Assembly: GCA_977030845.1 (NCBI GenBank)
Contig: OZ365116.1
Coordinates: 21,638,001-21,702,000 of the forward strand
DNA: 64,000 bases
Direction of reading: 5' to 3'
Source of the DNA: Fimbriosthenelais zetlandica
Lineage: Eukaryota
Of the stretch, positions 22,501-34,660 are shown piece after piece. Every line of letters begins with the position of its first letter. The first letter of the stretch is position 1. The notes beneath the pieces are model-generated. The model searched no databases. It worked only from the letters and a program-made list of their open reading frames with translations, and had not been told where the DNA came from. The translations under genes were made by a program, and so were the position numbers.

Positions 22501-25500
22501 CATTCTTCATGACACTTCTCGCCTATTGTCAACTAGAAGCTTTGTTGAGAATGTTAGCCAAATATTGATCACTCTCATTCTCCGGCTGTGATCGCTCTAA
22601 CTTATTGTCCCCCTCAACTCCTCACAAACATGGCGTCTCTTAAAAACCTGTGCTCCTCAAACCCCCAGACACTTGCCTATAAAGGATTAGCAGGGATTGA
22701 TATCGATTAAGGCTTGACCCCCAACACACCAACCCTCCCCCCTTCCCCACATTTTTACCCCATTGGCAAAGCCAAGTTGTGCACCACTTCTGCCCATTCA
22801 TCCCCCTTCTGCCTGGCTCTTTGGTTTTCTCCTTAAGTCTTCATCACAGGCAGTTAGGCTTGTTGTTGAGCCAGATTGCCAGCTTGTTGGCTGTGTTTGT
22901 CTTTTATTTCTGCCGACTGGACTCCAAAGCTTCCCCCTACCCCACCCTATCCCGGCCTACAGCCTTCCTCACGGCTATTGTCACAATGAGCTGGTCGGCA
23001 GGAATTAGGAGAACGCCCAAATAAAGCACAACCATTTTATTGTTAATCTGAATAATTTAGCGCAGAATATATTTTTGCATCTGATTTAAAATATGCCTCA
23101 AAATATCTGCAAATTATGTATAGAGCCTTGGCGAAATATATGTTTTCAAATGGCACAAAATTAATACCAAAAGTGGTGTTTTATGAAGTAGGATAATTTG
23201 CCTAAGTAAATATAAATGTTGACATTGTTTGCCTGTGTGCACACTACCTTTACTTGGCGCTCGTATACTTACTAGCCACAGCAGGTCGAGTGAGAAGCCG
23301 TCTCTTAGAGAAAGCTAAATGAAGCATGGCTGACAGAGACAATAACCTAAGCTCAGTGATTGAGCTTTATACCTTATCTGTACGAGTCATCCACACGACA
23401 GAGAGAAGAAAGATGGCATTGCTGTACAAATTAGCTGAACCAGAAAAGAACATTTCAAACTTTCTTTCTTCTGGTAGGAACTTGTGGTTGGACTAAAGTA
23501 AATAGCACTTTGAAATGCCCGAAAGTTAGTTCTTGATGACGCAAGCGTTTGTTGTTGAGTCATTGGTATTTATTTGTCTTTATCAGATTTTGTCACTATC
23601 TGATGCGTTAAAGTAAAGAACTTAAAAACAATTAAGAATGGTAAAGAAATGAAGACATTTTTGTGTGATGACAATTATTTCTTATTTCTTAAGAAATAAC
23701 ATTGAGTTTTACCATATATTTTGACAAGTAAAGTTAAAAAAATATGGTTAAACAAACTTTAATATCTTCCATGGGTTCATATGAAGATGGTAATGGATAT
23801 ACATGTAGTAGAGATATAGTGTGGAGTTGGTGGGAGGGAGACCGTGTTCTATGGGAACATCTGACGGCGGTTGACTGCGGGGAAGGCCGTCAGAAGTCAA
23901 GGAGCCAGGTGCGTGTATTGGCCTGCTTGTTCCCCCAGGCTGGGTCTGGTGGGGGCCGTCACCCTGACACAGGGATGGGCTCACTGCCTTCTTGTCTTCC
24001 GGCCCTCATCGTTTGACTTAATCCTCCAAACGATTTAGAATGGCAAAATATTCACCGCAGGCCAGACGCGGCCAAGTCGAGCAGAAAGTCAGCCCTGCTG
24101 TTTATACTTGTGTTCACTAGATGGATTTGAATTTTGGGTTTATTTTTATGACAGGACTTTTATCTCAGGACAAAGGATTTTTCCTAAAGAATTTTGTGTG
24201 AAAAAAAAGTGATGGAGTTGAAAATATCACTGCCTTCGCTTGTGGAACATTTCTTTTATTTGAAGCCTGTCGAGAAAAGTTCTGTCCAGATGAATTTTCT
24301 TATACAGAAACTAAAGGGGATATGTTAGATTATAGTTTATAAGATTGTAAGTGTTGTAAAATGAATTAAGTCTATAGTTAATATTGGCTTAGAAAATCAT
24401 CAGTCATCGCCCTGGAAACCAATGTGTTTCATGTAATGTTCCTATCACCCTCAGGAGGCAATATAGTTACATGAAGTGCTCTCCTTGTACATGGGCAATC
24501 TAAGTCTTATTAAGCGAGGAGTTCCTTTCCCACTTTTGGATATGTTTTGATTGAGAATAGTCATACAATGTGACTTTTTTGAATTTAAACTTGTCTTGAA
24601 GCTGAATTGGATTTAGCAGCCCGATATTTGGCTTTCAGTTGATATTACTTATCAATTTTTGCCAAGGACAGGAAACACCTTAGAGAAGTGAAGCCTCTCC
24701 TTGAGTAAATGCACCTCCCCATATTCACCATATAATATACATGGCCGCCCATCTCTTCACCCCCACCTTTGAAATCACTCAAGAAAGAAAGGACCAGCCC
24801 TTCAAACCTATCCACACCCCCTGAGATAAGTCGTTGCAGGTGTTGCTCTTTTAAAATCTCACCCTCTATGGTAGCGGGGCTGGTCCTTGTGTGAGAAATT
24901 CAAGTTTGAATCAAGTCTTGTATGTACCAGACAAATAGGCTGTGTATCCAATCCATTGACCCACCTCTTGCTCTCTCCTCTCACTCCGATTGAAAAGCCA
25001 AGACTTCTTCTGCTGCTGACCATAGGGAGAGGGCCTGGTGGGGCTTTCAACCTTTGTTAGATTGATTCCCTGCCTTCTCTGTGTGAAGTCTGCGGGCCGA
25101 CCTCTTAACAAGAGCACCTCATTGTACTTTCACCTCGGACCCTCCTCCCTCCCGCTTTGGTCCCTGTTTATTTGAGAACTGCTAAAGCACCAAATTGGTG
25201 TGGATTTAACTCCCTCAGAATCAAGGGCCCTGCCTTGTGAGGTCCTTCCTTCACACAGGGTGCAAGTGTCGCGGCATTGACCATGTGTTGGCCTCAGGGG
25301 ACAATTTTGGGCTTGGCTTGAGACCCCTACACTTCAAGGGAAAGCCTAAGTCATGGCAAGGGCTGAGGTATTAAAATTTGAACCGCCTGGTTGCGGAAAT
25401 AGTAAGGTTAAAATTGTAAAATGAAGATTGGATGAGAAGGTGAGAATTTGGGGGGTGTGAAGTGGAGTGGAGATAGTGGATTTGGAATCCCATAGTGACA

Positions 25501-28500
25501 AAGTGGAGGCGCTGTTTTTGGTGTTTAAGTAGATGCAGTTTAAGGAGGAAGGAGGGGAAGGAAATTGGTTGTACATGGGGTGGATTGTGGGGTTAAAGGT
25601 GCTTGAGAACAGGCACTTCTGTAATGTGAAAACGAGGCAGGTTTTTTGATGTTGGGGTCAAGTTACAAGGACCTGGGGTCACAAGACGGGGCGGTGGGAA
25701 GGGAGGCCCGTAGGTCTAATTTACCCCACCTGCGCACGGCAATCAGCGCAGGTGAGGTGGAGGGAGAAGGACAGGTATGTCACCACCACCTCCCCTTAAC
25801 AACTCTACTACTGGATGATTAAGATGTCTCAGTGACTGGCCTTCTTTACATGAGTGCTATGTATTGAGACCTCATCCTGTACCCGCTCTAACATACATGG
25901 GTCATTGTTAGCGCCTATAGTCACTCCATATAAATCATTCAGCTCCATTAAACTTATCAATGACCTGTCCTGTACACAGGCCTTTTCACTGTAAATGGAA
26001 CCTTGGTTTGTATGCCTTACAGAAACGGACCATGAACTCTGTTTGCAAAGAGTGCCACAAATTGGGTCTTATCGCATCAAATATGGACAAATCAGCTTAG
26101 AGTGTGCCATCAAACATTTCCCCATTTATCTCTGTTTAAGCTATTCCTCGCCCTCGTTCTGGTTGTATCCAGAACGAGGCTCCCCGCTGTCATGTGACAT
26201 GTATGGTCCCACACTGGTGGCGTCGTGAGTCACATGTCTATAGTGACAATACTGAGTGAGATGGCCCTGTCAGATAGCAATGTTAACATGTTTATTGTAA
26301 TTACAATCTTTCATATTGCTGGTGGTGGGGGAGGAGGTGGTGGACGGGAGTAGACTTTAAATACCCTGTCACAATCAATATCAACTCACCATCTCCCCCC
26401 CCGATGCTCAATTAGTTCTGGGAACTGAGAGACTGTTGTGGCTGTCTCAGTTGGACCTGCCCCGCTTTTGATGGCAACTGAATCATTGGCATCAACTTGA
26501 TTGAATTGCTTGTCATGGCAATATGAGAAGCTTGGAGAGAGCCGGGTCTAATGATGGTAATCCTGGTTAGTTACACCCGCTCAGTGTATGAAGGGAGAGA
26601 CTTGTCATCAGTTGGTTAGAAATCACATGTGTTGGCTAACTGTTCTTCTGATAAGCTAGTTGAGATTAAAAAAGACAGGAATCTCACTTTTCGTTTTAAG
26701 CATTCTAGTAGGCAGCTAAATATATACTTGCCTTTTAATGATAGCAGATGTTTTGTATATCTGCTCCATCAAAGATACCTGATGGTCTAGCAATGGCAGT
26801 TTGTTCTTGAAACCGTTTGTTATTCAAGAAATCTTCTTTAAATTATGCTATATATTTGGTCACATTCCAGAGATACACAGATAGTTTTACTATTGCAACT
26901 TTACATAGAAAGTGTCTGGATAGAAAAGCTTTTGTATCTTAAAGGTATTTCGAGGGGAAATCATCTTAGAAAGCCCACAAGTTTGAGCCTTTATATGTCT
27001 TGATGGAAATGTTCTTATACTCAGGACAAAAAGAAAGCTTTTGGATTACTTCTCGTCTTCCAACAGACTCCCAACTTTTGCCTTATAATCCCCCAAACAA
27101 ATCAGACTGAGTGGCCTGGGCCATTACACCATCCTCTCCTCTCCTCATCCTCTCTGTCCCAGACCTCTCACCATGGTCTTCTCCCTGGCACCGCCTCAGG
27201 CTAGAGCTCACTGACACCACACCATGCGGACCTTTATAGGTCTTTGTCATCGTGGAGAGATTTCCTCAGGTTGTTACCTCTACCGTGAACACTGTAAATC
27301 CACTCTACTTAAACGGCAGGAGGTGATTCACAAATGAAATGAATTCATACTGGCCATGGCCGAGAGGAAGAATGCCCAAGTCTTGCATACTTGAGGAAAA
27401 TGTCAAATACAAGCAAGGATTGCCAGAAACTGATTGAGTCCTTAGTCATAGCTGATAACCTGATAGGTTTTTTTAAAGTCGTTTTTCTTCAGAATTTGCT
27501 TGTGAAAGTCCTTGGACTATTTCCCCAGTGACCATAGGGAGTTTCGTCTAACAGTGTAGGGTGTAGCCTTGCCTCCAGGGAGCCCCTGTTATGAGGTGGT
27601 GTCGCCGAGTGTCGCCACCTGGCCTGGCTTTGTCACAAGAGGTTTTTGACGCAGGGATCAGCTCAAGAGGGTTTGGTCGGTCATTGCTGAGGGCCTCACC
27701 CTCAGGGCATTGCCCTACGGCAGTATATGGAAGAGAAAGGCGCAGCGAGCCGGATTTAGCTTCATCAAAGAAATCCGTACTTATAAACGCCCCTGATTCC
27801 TGCAAGCATTTACTCTCCCTTGCAGATTTACCAAATGAAGAAAGTCATTATCCCCGATTGCCGGTTCAAGGACATATATAAAGTTTAAAATGCTTTATGT
27901 TTGTCAAAAGTAGGGATTCAGATACCTTACATTTTATCTGAAACCCTCTATGGTGCGATATAGCGTCCAATTGTCTTGAATTTCTTTTAGAAATGTCATG
28001 TGATAGAACCACCTTTTCTGTTCAAAATCAGCCATAGATAGATTGTTTAAAAAATGAGGAGGATGTCCAGATGAGGTTTGTGACACATGGTCTGACCACA
28101 GGCAGGATAGCCATGAGTAGTATTGTATAGAGAAGGCAGTATCTACTCCCAATCAAGCGTGAGATGAGCCCGTGCTCATAGACACCTGCTGCAACCAGGG
28201 CTGTCACGGCAATTAAACCAATCACTCCATTTGTCAGTGATTTATCAACAAACAAGAACCATAATATCTCATTTTTACTGCTGAATAAAAAAGGTAGTAC
28301 ATAGTGATATTTGAGAATTTGTTTTAAAATCAGGTATTTAGAAACTGAATATCCACGTTTAAAAAACCTTGGTACACAAACTATATCATCGGAAAATTTT
28401 GTTGATATGGTCGATAATATTCATGCGACAGAAATATATCCTCAGAAAATGAGGTTAATACGTTAGATCATGTTTCACAGAATACATATATATTATCTAT

Positions 28501-30628
28501 TGATTCAATTTATTTCTGTTTATAATATCAGTGGTGGGTATCAATGAAGACGCACCCATTGTTAACGCGCTGATATCTTAATATTTAATGAAATCAATTA
28601 CTGGGTTGCTGACGACTAGGTCACTGACTCTGACCCTGGGTCATGGCGGCTGACCTTGAATTAACCTTCAGGTCAGCCTCCCAAATAACTAACTACCCAC
28701 ATTTGGCTAATGGAGCAGCCTACCTCCCACTGACCATCCCACCCAATGTAACATCCCAAACACCCGCTGTCTATAATAGAGCTCACCACTAGGTTCTCTC
28801 CAGGCCTTCACGCTTCTTACCCACCCTTGGTGCTTCAATTGCACTCAAAAATCCATAGGCAGACTCCACGAAACTTCCAGTCAAAACTGATGATTTTTCG
28901 CGTTAATTTGCACAGTTCTTTTACTAGAGAAGGTCCACTATTTTCAAATGGATTTGACCACCGAGGAATATTTTGTCTCTATTAATCAAAATGGAAGTAC
29001 TGTTATATTTGAATTTATTGTTCCAGTTGTGTTAATGTTTATGTTACAATTAACCTTTTTAGACTTAAGCACTAGAATAAGAACTCGTTAAAATTTAAAA
29101 ATTGAACGCAAGTAGCCGGTAGGGGCACTGGCCCTGCAGTGTGATACAATATAGAAACAGGTTATCACTGTCGATCTATCCATTAGTAGTAACAATTAAC
29201 GGGTGAATTATTATTTGTCAGGTATTACGGGTTAATCTCTATGGGGGTGAGGGTGGTTTAGATGGGGTACGATATGCCATGGCCAGGTGTGTACTGAACC
29301 CAGGCCCTCATCAACAGGTAGTCCTCTATTAAACTAATATATTATTTAGGCCTACTGTAAAAGACTTATTGAACCAACGAGTACGTCATTCTCCTCATTT
29401 TTTTAAAAACCATTTTGGGATGTAATTCTTCAGTTTTAATATTAAAATGTAAACAGAATGAAGAGTGATATTTGATGTTTTTGTTTTGGGGAATGAGTAG
29501 GTAAATGTGAGGTGAGAAGGTGCTAATGATGGTGATGAGTTAGTGTGGTCATTGTTGTGGTGCCAGCCTGCCAGGTGATAAGGCAGTGGTTGACCATAGC
29601 TTGACCATTAGTGACCACTAATTACAACAGGTGGACTAACACCCGTCCCTCCCCGACCTCCTCACCATGCCCTCCTACCTACTCCCCCTACCGTCCTCTA
29701 ACCGGGGCGTAGTGGGGCTCCGCGGGTTGGGGTGGACCCACAATTTTGTTTCTAAATTAAAAGCAATGATCTTCCCCTTTGAAGCAATATTATTTCTAGA
29801 TACGTGAGAGAAAGTACAACAGTTCCAAGTTTTTTTGAACCCACTGCTTAGGCCAACGAGAGTAAATTACTCTCGTTGTTTGGCCCAGGAACATTTGTAG
29901 CTGTTTACTCTCTTCACGCTCTCCCTACATCTCTTCCCCACCCCTTCCCCCACCCCCCAATCACCAGCACCCTGACCACTAACTGTATACAGTTGATTTA
30001 CCCCTCCACGGCTCACTAGCCCCACCTGGCTCGCGTGCTATCATTTCATTTGTTTAATTAATCCCACACACTCATTAAATAGAGAGTCAATGTTTTTTTC
30101 TCTAATGAATCAAATATCTTTTCCCATCCCCCTCTCCGAATCATTAAAACAATATTCAATCATTGATAAGACTGAAAAAAGAATCTGGATATTGTAAATG
30201 TGGTAATTGTTTGGCCTTCCGTATGGAGTGGAGAGTCATTGGATATTTTATATTGTATTAGTTATAAACGGTGATTTTCCATGTAGTATTAAGTATGCAT
30301 GTTTTAGGATTAGTTATGTTCAATGACTTAGTTTTAAGTTTAACTTATTTGTTTTTCAGGCTTGGATGAGGAGGCCGAAGTTGGATTCCACGAACATGTA
30401 TTTTTAGAGTCAGAAATTGCTGACTTTCCCCGGAAAGGCCCAGTCCGCCACTTCATGGAGCTGGTCGTCGTGGGTCTGTCCAACAACCCCTACATCACAG
30501 TAGCTGAGAAAAAAGAACACATTAACTGGTTCAGAAAATATTTTGACGATAAGAAACACATCCTAGATGAAGTGATAGTGGACAAGGACAAGGCCATTGT
30601 CTCAGGAGAAAAGGCCGAAATGTCATAA
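19472..30628 (+). CDS. MRPS31: Mitochondrial small ribosomal subunit protein mS31, 7 coding exons, 372 aa
   Basis: Exons 19472-19536, 20233-20418, 20749-20919, 21091-21285, 21519-21604, 21797-21943 and 30360-30628 total 1119 nt, all GT-AG and in phase. The N-terminus is an Arg-rich, acid-free presequence ending RRLLS. It has AAQNVAESL..KSDLLQQL and the conserved C-terminal MRP-S31 domain (NAFSEQIRWTEKGILWKFPIDNEQG..FHEHVFLE..FPRKGPVRHFMELVVVGLSNNPYITVAEKKEHINWFRKYF). Confidence 0.95.
19821..19849. repeat. Perfect 29-bp palindrome in MRPS31 intron 1
   Basis: CAACGAGTATAGAA-t-TTCTATACTCGTTG. Confidence 0.9.
20233..20418 (+). CDS. MRPS31: MRPS31 exon 2 (RPIFVKNTGITFWTVRRLLSDDVK..SSSSESS)
   Basis: Acceptor tacttattcag, donor AG|GTAGGC; only the phase-compatible frame is open. 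Confidence 0.82.
20749..20919 (+). CDS. MRPS31: MRPS31 exon 3 (SDSDSDIDGEMVSAAQNVAESL..)
   Basis: Acceptor ttttttgcccag, donor GG|GTAAGT; resembles the human AAASAVADSL..KSELLSQL block. Confidence 0.92.
21091..21285 (+). CDS. MRPS31: MRPS31 exon 4 (NLMGGMKIAQKPRRGRR..)
   Basis: Acceptor aatctacag, donor CG|GTAAAA, 195 nt. Confidence 0.88.
21349..21448 (+). repeat. Exact 19-bp direct repeat, 81 bp apart, in MRPS31 intron 4
   Basis: aaggtgtcagcactgaggc at 21349-21367 and 21430-21448. Confidence 0.9.
21519..21604 (+). CDS. MRPS31: MRPS31 exon 5 (GTHVVNLKLFDSPALGIFTGKSSETKVQ)
   Basis: Acceptor tttttttttgtag, donor G|GTATAT, 86 nt. Confidence 0.88.
21797..21943 (+). CDS. MRPS31: MRPS31 exon 6 (..PPENAFSEQIRWTEKGILWKFPIDNEQG)
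   Basis: Acceptor atttttag, donor G|GTAAGT; start of the conserved domain. Confidence 0.95.
29854..29878. repeat. Perfect 25-bp palindrome in MRPS31 intron 6
   Basis: CAACGAGAGTAA-a-TTACTCTCGTTG. Confidence 0.9.
30360..30628 (+). CDS. MRPS31: MRPS31 exon 7, C-terminal conserved domain
   Basis: Acceptor tttgtttttcag; continues ORF 30362-30628 to TAA. Confidence 0.96.
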
Positions 30629-30758
30629 CTTTTGAATAATATTTATTGCATGCTCCAGAACGGAAACTTCATCATTTTTCATTTGAATGGTGCGCGTATA
30701 TCGCCTTCGAGGAATTAAGTTCTAAAAGAGATGAGAGATTGATTGCGACATATATAAG

Positions 30759-30764
30759 AATAAA
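30759..30764 (+). terminator. Probable MRPS31 polyadenylation signal AATAAA
   Basis: AATAAA 130 nt after the stop, followed by a GT-containing stretch (gcgttgtgtg). Confidence 0.55.
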
Positions 30765-33700
30765 TTAATTAACGCGTTGTGTGACTGAGATCCATTACAC
30801 CATCATTACTTTCATCAACCAAAAGTAATACTGAAAAGTAAGCCCATATAATAGGACCTATATTATGTATTAATGTCAATGTGAAATTGGCCAATATGAA
30901 ATTAAAAAGAAATGCGATGCCCGCATCAAATGGTCCGTGTCATATACTACTTCCCGTAGCTTCACATCCTGCGGGGATCGGTTTTTATTTGGACGTTTGC
31001 TGCGCTTGTTTTTGATGAAATAGACATAACTTTACCTGAATGGGATCATCGGATCCCGTCCTTTGATTTCATCCTGTAGTTCATTCTATAGGAAACAGTA
31101 GATAATGCTAGTAATGCGCGATAGCACATACTAACTTAGTTCATTGTCCTTCACGCTCTGCGCTGTGGATGTTTGGTGCGGAGATAACGCCTACACTCTC
31201 CTGTGTTTCATTTTGGATTTTAGACTTTCTACTTTTCTTGTCGCGCCACTTGTGCATCATAGATGTGGACATTAATAGGGCGTCATGCCGTGCAGTCAGC
31301 ACCTGGCTCTGGCCTTCCCGCCTGCCCATCTCCCTCTACCCCCCTCTTTGACCACCGTCTATGGCAGTCTCTCTCCTCTCTCTGCCCCTCTCTCACTCCC
31401 ATACAATCTCTGGACGTCCTCCAGCGTCTCAGAAGTGCCAGATTAGCTTCCTGTTGTGCACGTTTCCAGGAACACTTCTGGCCTGGTGTGATTCACCGAA
31501 AACTGTTACGTGAATTGGTGATTATTGGCCTGTAGATTGCCTGGTGGGCGGGCAGGGGGTGAGAGAACGCCCACGGCCCGTTACGTGGAACGCTGCCCCG
31601 TCAATGGTAACACGAGGTGCCAAATCTGTGCCTCAATTATAAAACAAGCAGGTTGACGAGATTTTAATGAATTGGCCTCCTACTCGGGTTGATTTTAACC
31701 TCAACCTCTAACCCATACTTCCGTTTTGGATTTCCGATATGGCATCCATGGAAAAAGAGTCCTTCCCTCATTCCTAGATTTAAAACTGATGCTCAGAGTT
31801 CGTTGAAAAATATAATTGTGATGTTCTTCACACTTTCATACATCAAGGACATGCATGGAAATTATTCTTTTCTTGAATTATACAATCCAGTATTGCAATC
31901 AATATTTCCCGTGAATATTTATTGGAAGATTAGGTTGTCTGGTCGGTGGCAGTCGTGTCCCGTCCCTTCCTACTCGCCGGCTCGCTGACTGAAGCAGGCG
32001 GTAGGGAGAGATTGACGCGAGACGGCCTTATTACCGGTAGATAGAGTGAGATGCAGACATCCCAATATTATATTGGTGTTAATTCATTTACTTCACAAAT
32101 TTTAAAAGGAGCAATTGCCACAGTCTGCAGACAATTATCTTAGCGTGCATTCTTCAAATTTGTATTCATGAAGAAATTGTTCATCAATATTATTGACCAT
32201 GGTAGCGGATGATTCGTCAAAGATGTTTCGCCTTTTTAACGGGGGAACATATTTGACGTGGAATTTCTGTCTGTCATTTGATGACTTGCGGAATAGATTA
32301 AAGATTTTAGTCGAGATTTTCGTTCAGTGGACATTCACATTTAACTGATCGGTTTTAACAATTGCTTCATTCTGTGCATTGTAAAACATAATAATTTTAG
32401 GACATATAGGACAGGTTCAGGACATATTTGATTCACTTTTCCGTTCGTCTCCAAACTTTAAATCCAGCACGAGACCTGTCCATCATGGATTTGACATGTG
32501 CACATGCCATGAATTTATGTATTTGAAAAACCCCGACAAAAAACTTCATTTAACAAATACACCATGATGCCTACACGCGGCTCTGTGGCTACAACCAACG
32601 GGCAGTTAGTCTGCATTGAATAACTCAAAGCAAAGCAGAAAATGGATTTTTTAAACCCCAAACCTGGCTTTTGTGCAAAACGTTGGTGACCCATCATGAA
32701 ATCCTACGAGGAAATGCCTTGAGGAGGTATTGGTCTCGGTGCCCCTCTCACCCCTGGCTTGTTAATAAGCTGCCCCGTCCTCAGGAGGGATTCAATGGCC
32801 TCTTCCTTTGTTTGTGCACAAATTTCCAGGAGCGACGTTTGCACAAAATAAAAGCAATTGAAGCAGTACTTTTGACATTCGTTTTATACCCGCTGCTTCT
32901 ATGGTGGTGGCCCATATGCCAGTGGCCTGGTCACAATGAACCTAGACCTCTGAGAGGCCATCTCGCCTGAGGCGGATTAACATTGCAACCCCTCTCCCAT
33001 CCACCTCTGTCATTCATATGCTTATAATCCTAGGTAAACTTGGCCTTTCTTTTAACTTGTTCACTGCCAGCTGTTGGTGTCAGTGCTTTTCATGGATGAA
33101 CATTCATGGCATTGGAAAGAGAGAGAGAGGGAAGAATGATGGTATGGTTTTGATGAAGTCCTTTGAGCTGAGGTATAAGTCAAATCCTTGTTTCTCTTTC
33201 ATATTGCGTGATGATAGATGGCTGCTGATAAAATAAGAGGGACTTTTTGTTGATTTGACATTATCGTCCTCCACATCTGCCTTCTGGGGAATATTATCTG
33301 ATGAAATGTAATCGTCACAGACTTCTGATACTCTGTCCGACTACATTCGTTATGATTTATATTTAGTTTGCCATGTTCCATGCTAACAGAAGAGCGGTCT
33401 TAAACCTGAAATTCGGAATCAATCTTCAGTCAAATTTACTTTCCTTGACTTGTCCTGTTTTTTCAAACTGGAAAGGCAATGATCAGATTAACATCATTCC
33501 AACATGTCAAGATTGCCAAGCAAGGTCGCGGATCTGACTCGATAAGAAAGAAAACTCCCTTATGTGATAGACAGAAAGAAAGGTCATCCTTGTCACATGG
33601 CCCCCCACTTGACCCCCTGACCCCAGCCCTATAGAGTGGTCAGACGTGCAAATTTCTCCTTGTCACATGCCTTTCTCTCGTCATCAATGCTAACCGTCCA

Positions 33701-34534
33701 ATTGAAGGTGAAGTGGCTGTGTTTTCAGCCAGCGATCAAGCCCTCTGTCTCTCCTCCTGCCCTCTCCACCCTGTTAGCCCTCCACTAGCAAGGACCCTCT
33801 TCACCGCCCACCATTAACCCGTCATGGTTTTGTCAAAAATCTGGTAAATTTTGGCAAATTTTAGGGCTTAATTGTGATTACGGGGCAGACCCCTGTTGTG
33901 CCAGAAGTCTTTGGTAATCATAAGGCAGGATGGACTTGTTGAACGAAACTGGATTTGACTGTTACATATATATAGGTTAAGTTATATGGTCTACAGGAAA
34001 TAAACTTTATTGGGCTAATGATTGCTCTTCACTTAATGCATTGAAATATGCCTTTCTTATACATAATTTCAATGCATAAGTCAATTCAATTCCCACTAAA
34101 TTTTGATCATTTAAAAGTTAATGTGGGTTTTAAAAAGTTTACCTTATATTTATTTTATAACCCCAAGTATTGGAGAGAAAGGGTTCTTTCTCACTCCCTC
34201 CTCTGTCAAGGAATTCTGTTTTAATGTCCATAACCTATAGTATTTCTTTCCCACGGATGTCATCATCTGATGGAAAACAATTTTCTCCAAATTGCCATCA
34301 TTGTGTGCCCTTAGCACTGAATGTCCAAGCGAGAATTACCACTTCTAATGACATCCACCGATTTATACACTTTAAACGCGCGGGGATTATAATCTAACCC
34401 TGATTTCTCATACTGCTGTACACTGCAGTTCAATGACATCACACCATCCTCTATATCCGGGCCCTTGTCTTTTGTCATTGTGACGTTCTGCTTGTGACGC
34501 CACCGATGACCGTTAATAAGCAGCATTTTAAAAA

Positions 34535-34660
34535 CTTCCATGACGTCACTATAAAGGAATCAATCTCAGCGCCCGGAAGTCGGTGGCGTGTGATTGCCTT
34601 AACGTGATATTGCGAGGTGATATCTCAAGCTTTGATCAAACTGCGGTGGCCATTTTTAAG
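34535..34660. promoter_or_regulatory. Promoter-like motif cluster (CRE, ETS, YY1) with no assigned gene
   Basis: TGACGTCA at 34541-34548, CCGGAAGT at 34573-34580 and GCCATTTT at 34649-34656, in a CpG-enriched patch. Confidence 0.35.

Noticed and set aside
25727-25754. 9-bp GC-rich hairpin cacctgcgc/gcgcaggtg
   Set aside because: Several stems of this length are expected by chance in 64 kb.
26400-26700. Minus-strand RT-like words (DKSLPSY, ITII..LSKLL)
   Set aside because: They need multiple frameshifts and no YADD region follows, so this is too weak to list as a feature.
32135-32323. 62-codon minus-strand frame (..YVPPLKRRNIFDESSATMV..)
   Set aside because: No convincing acceptor or homology, and the length is within chance expectation.
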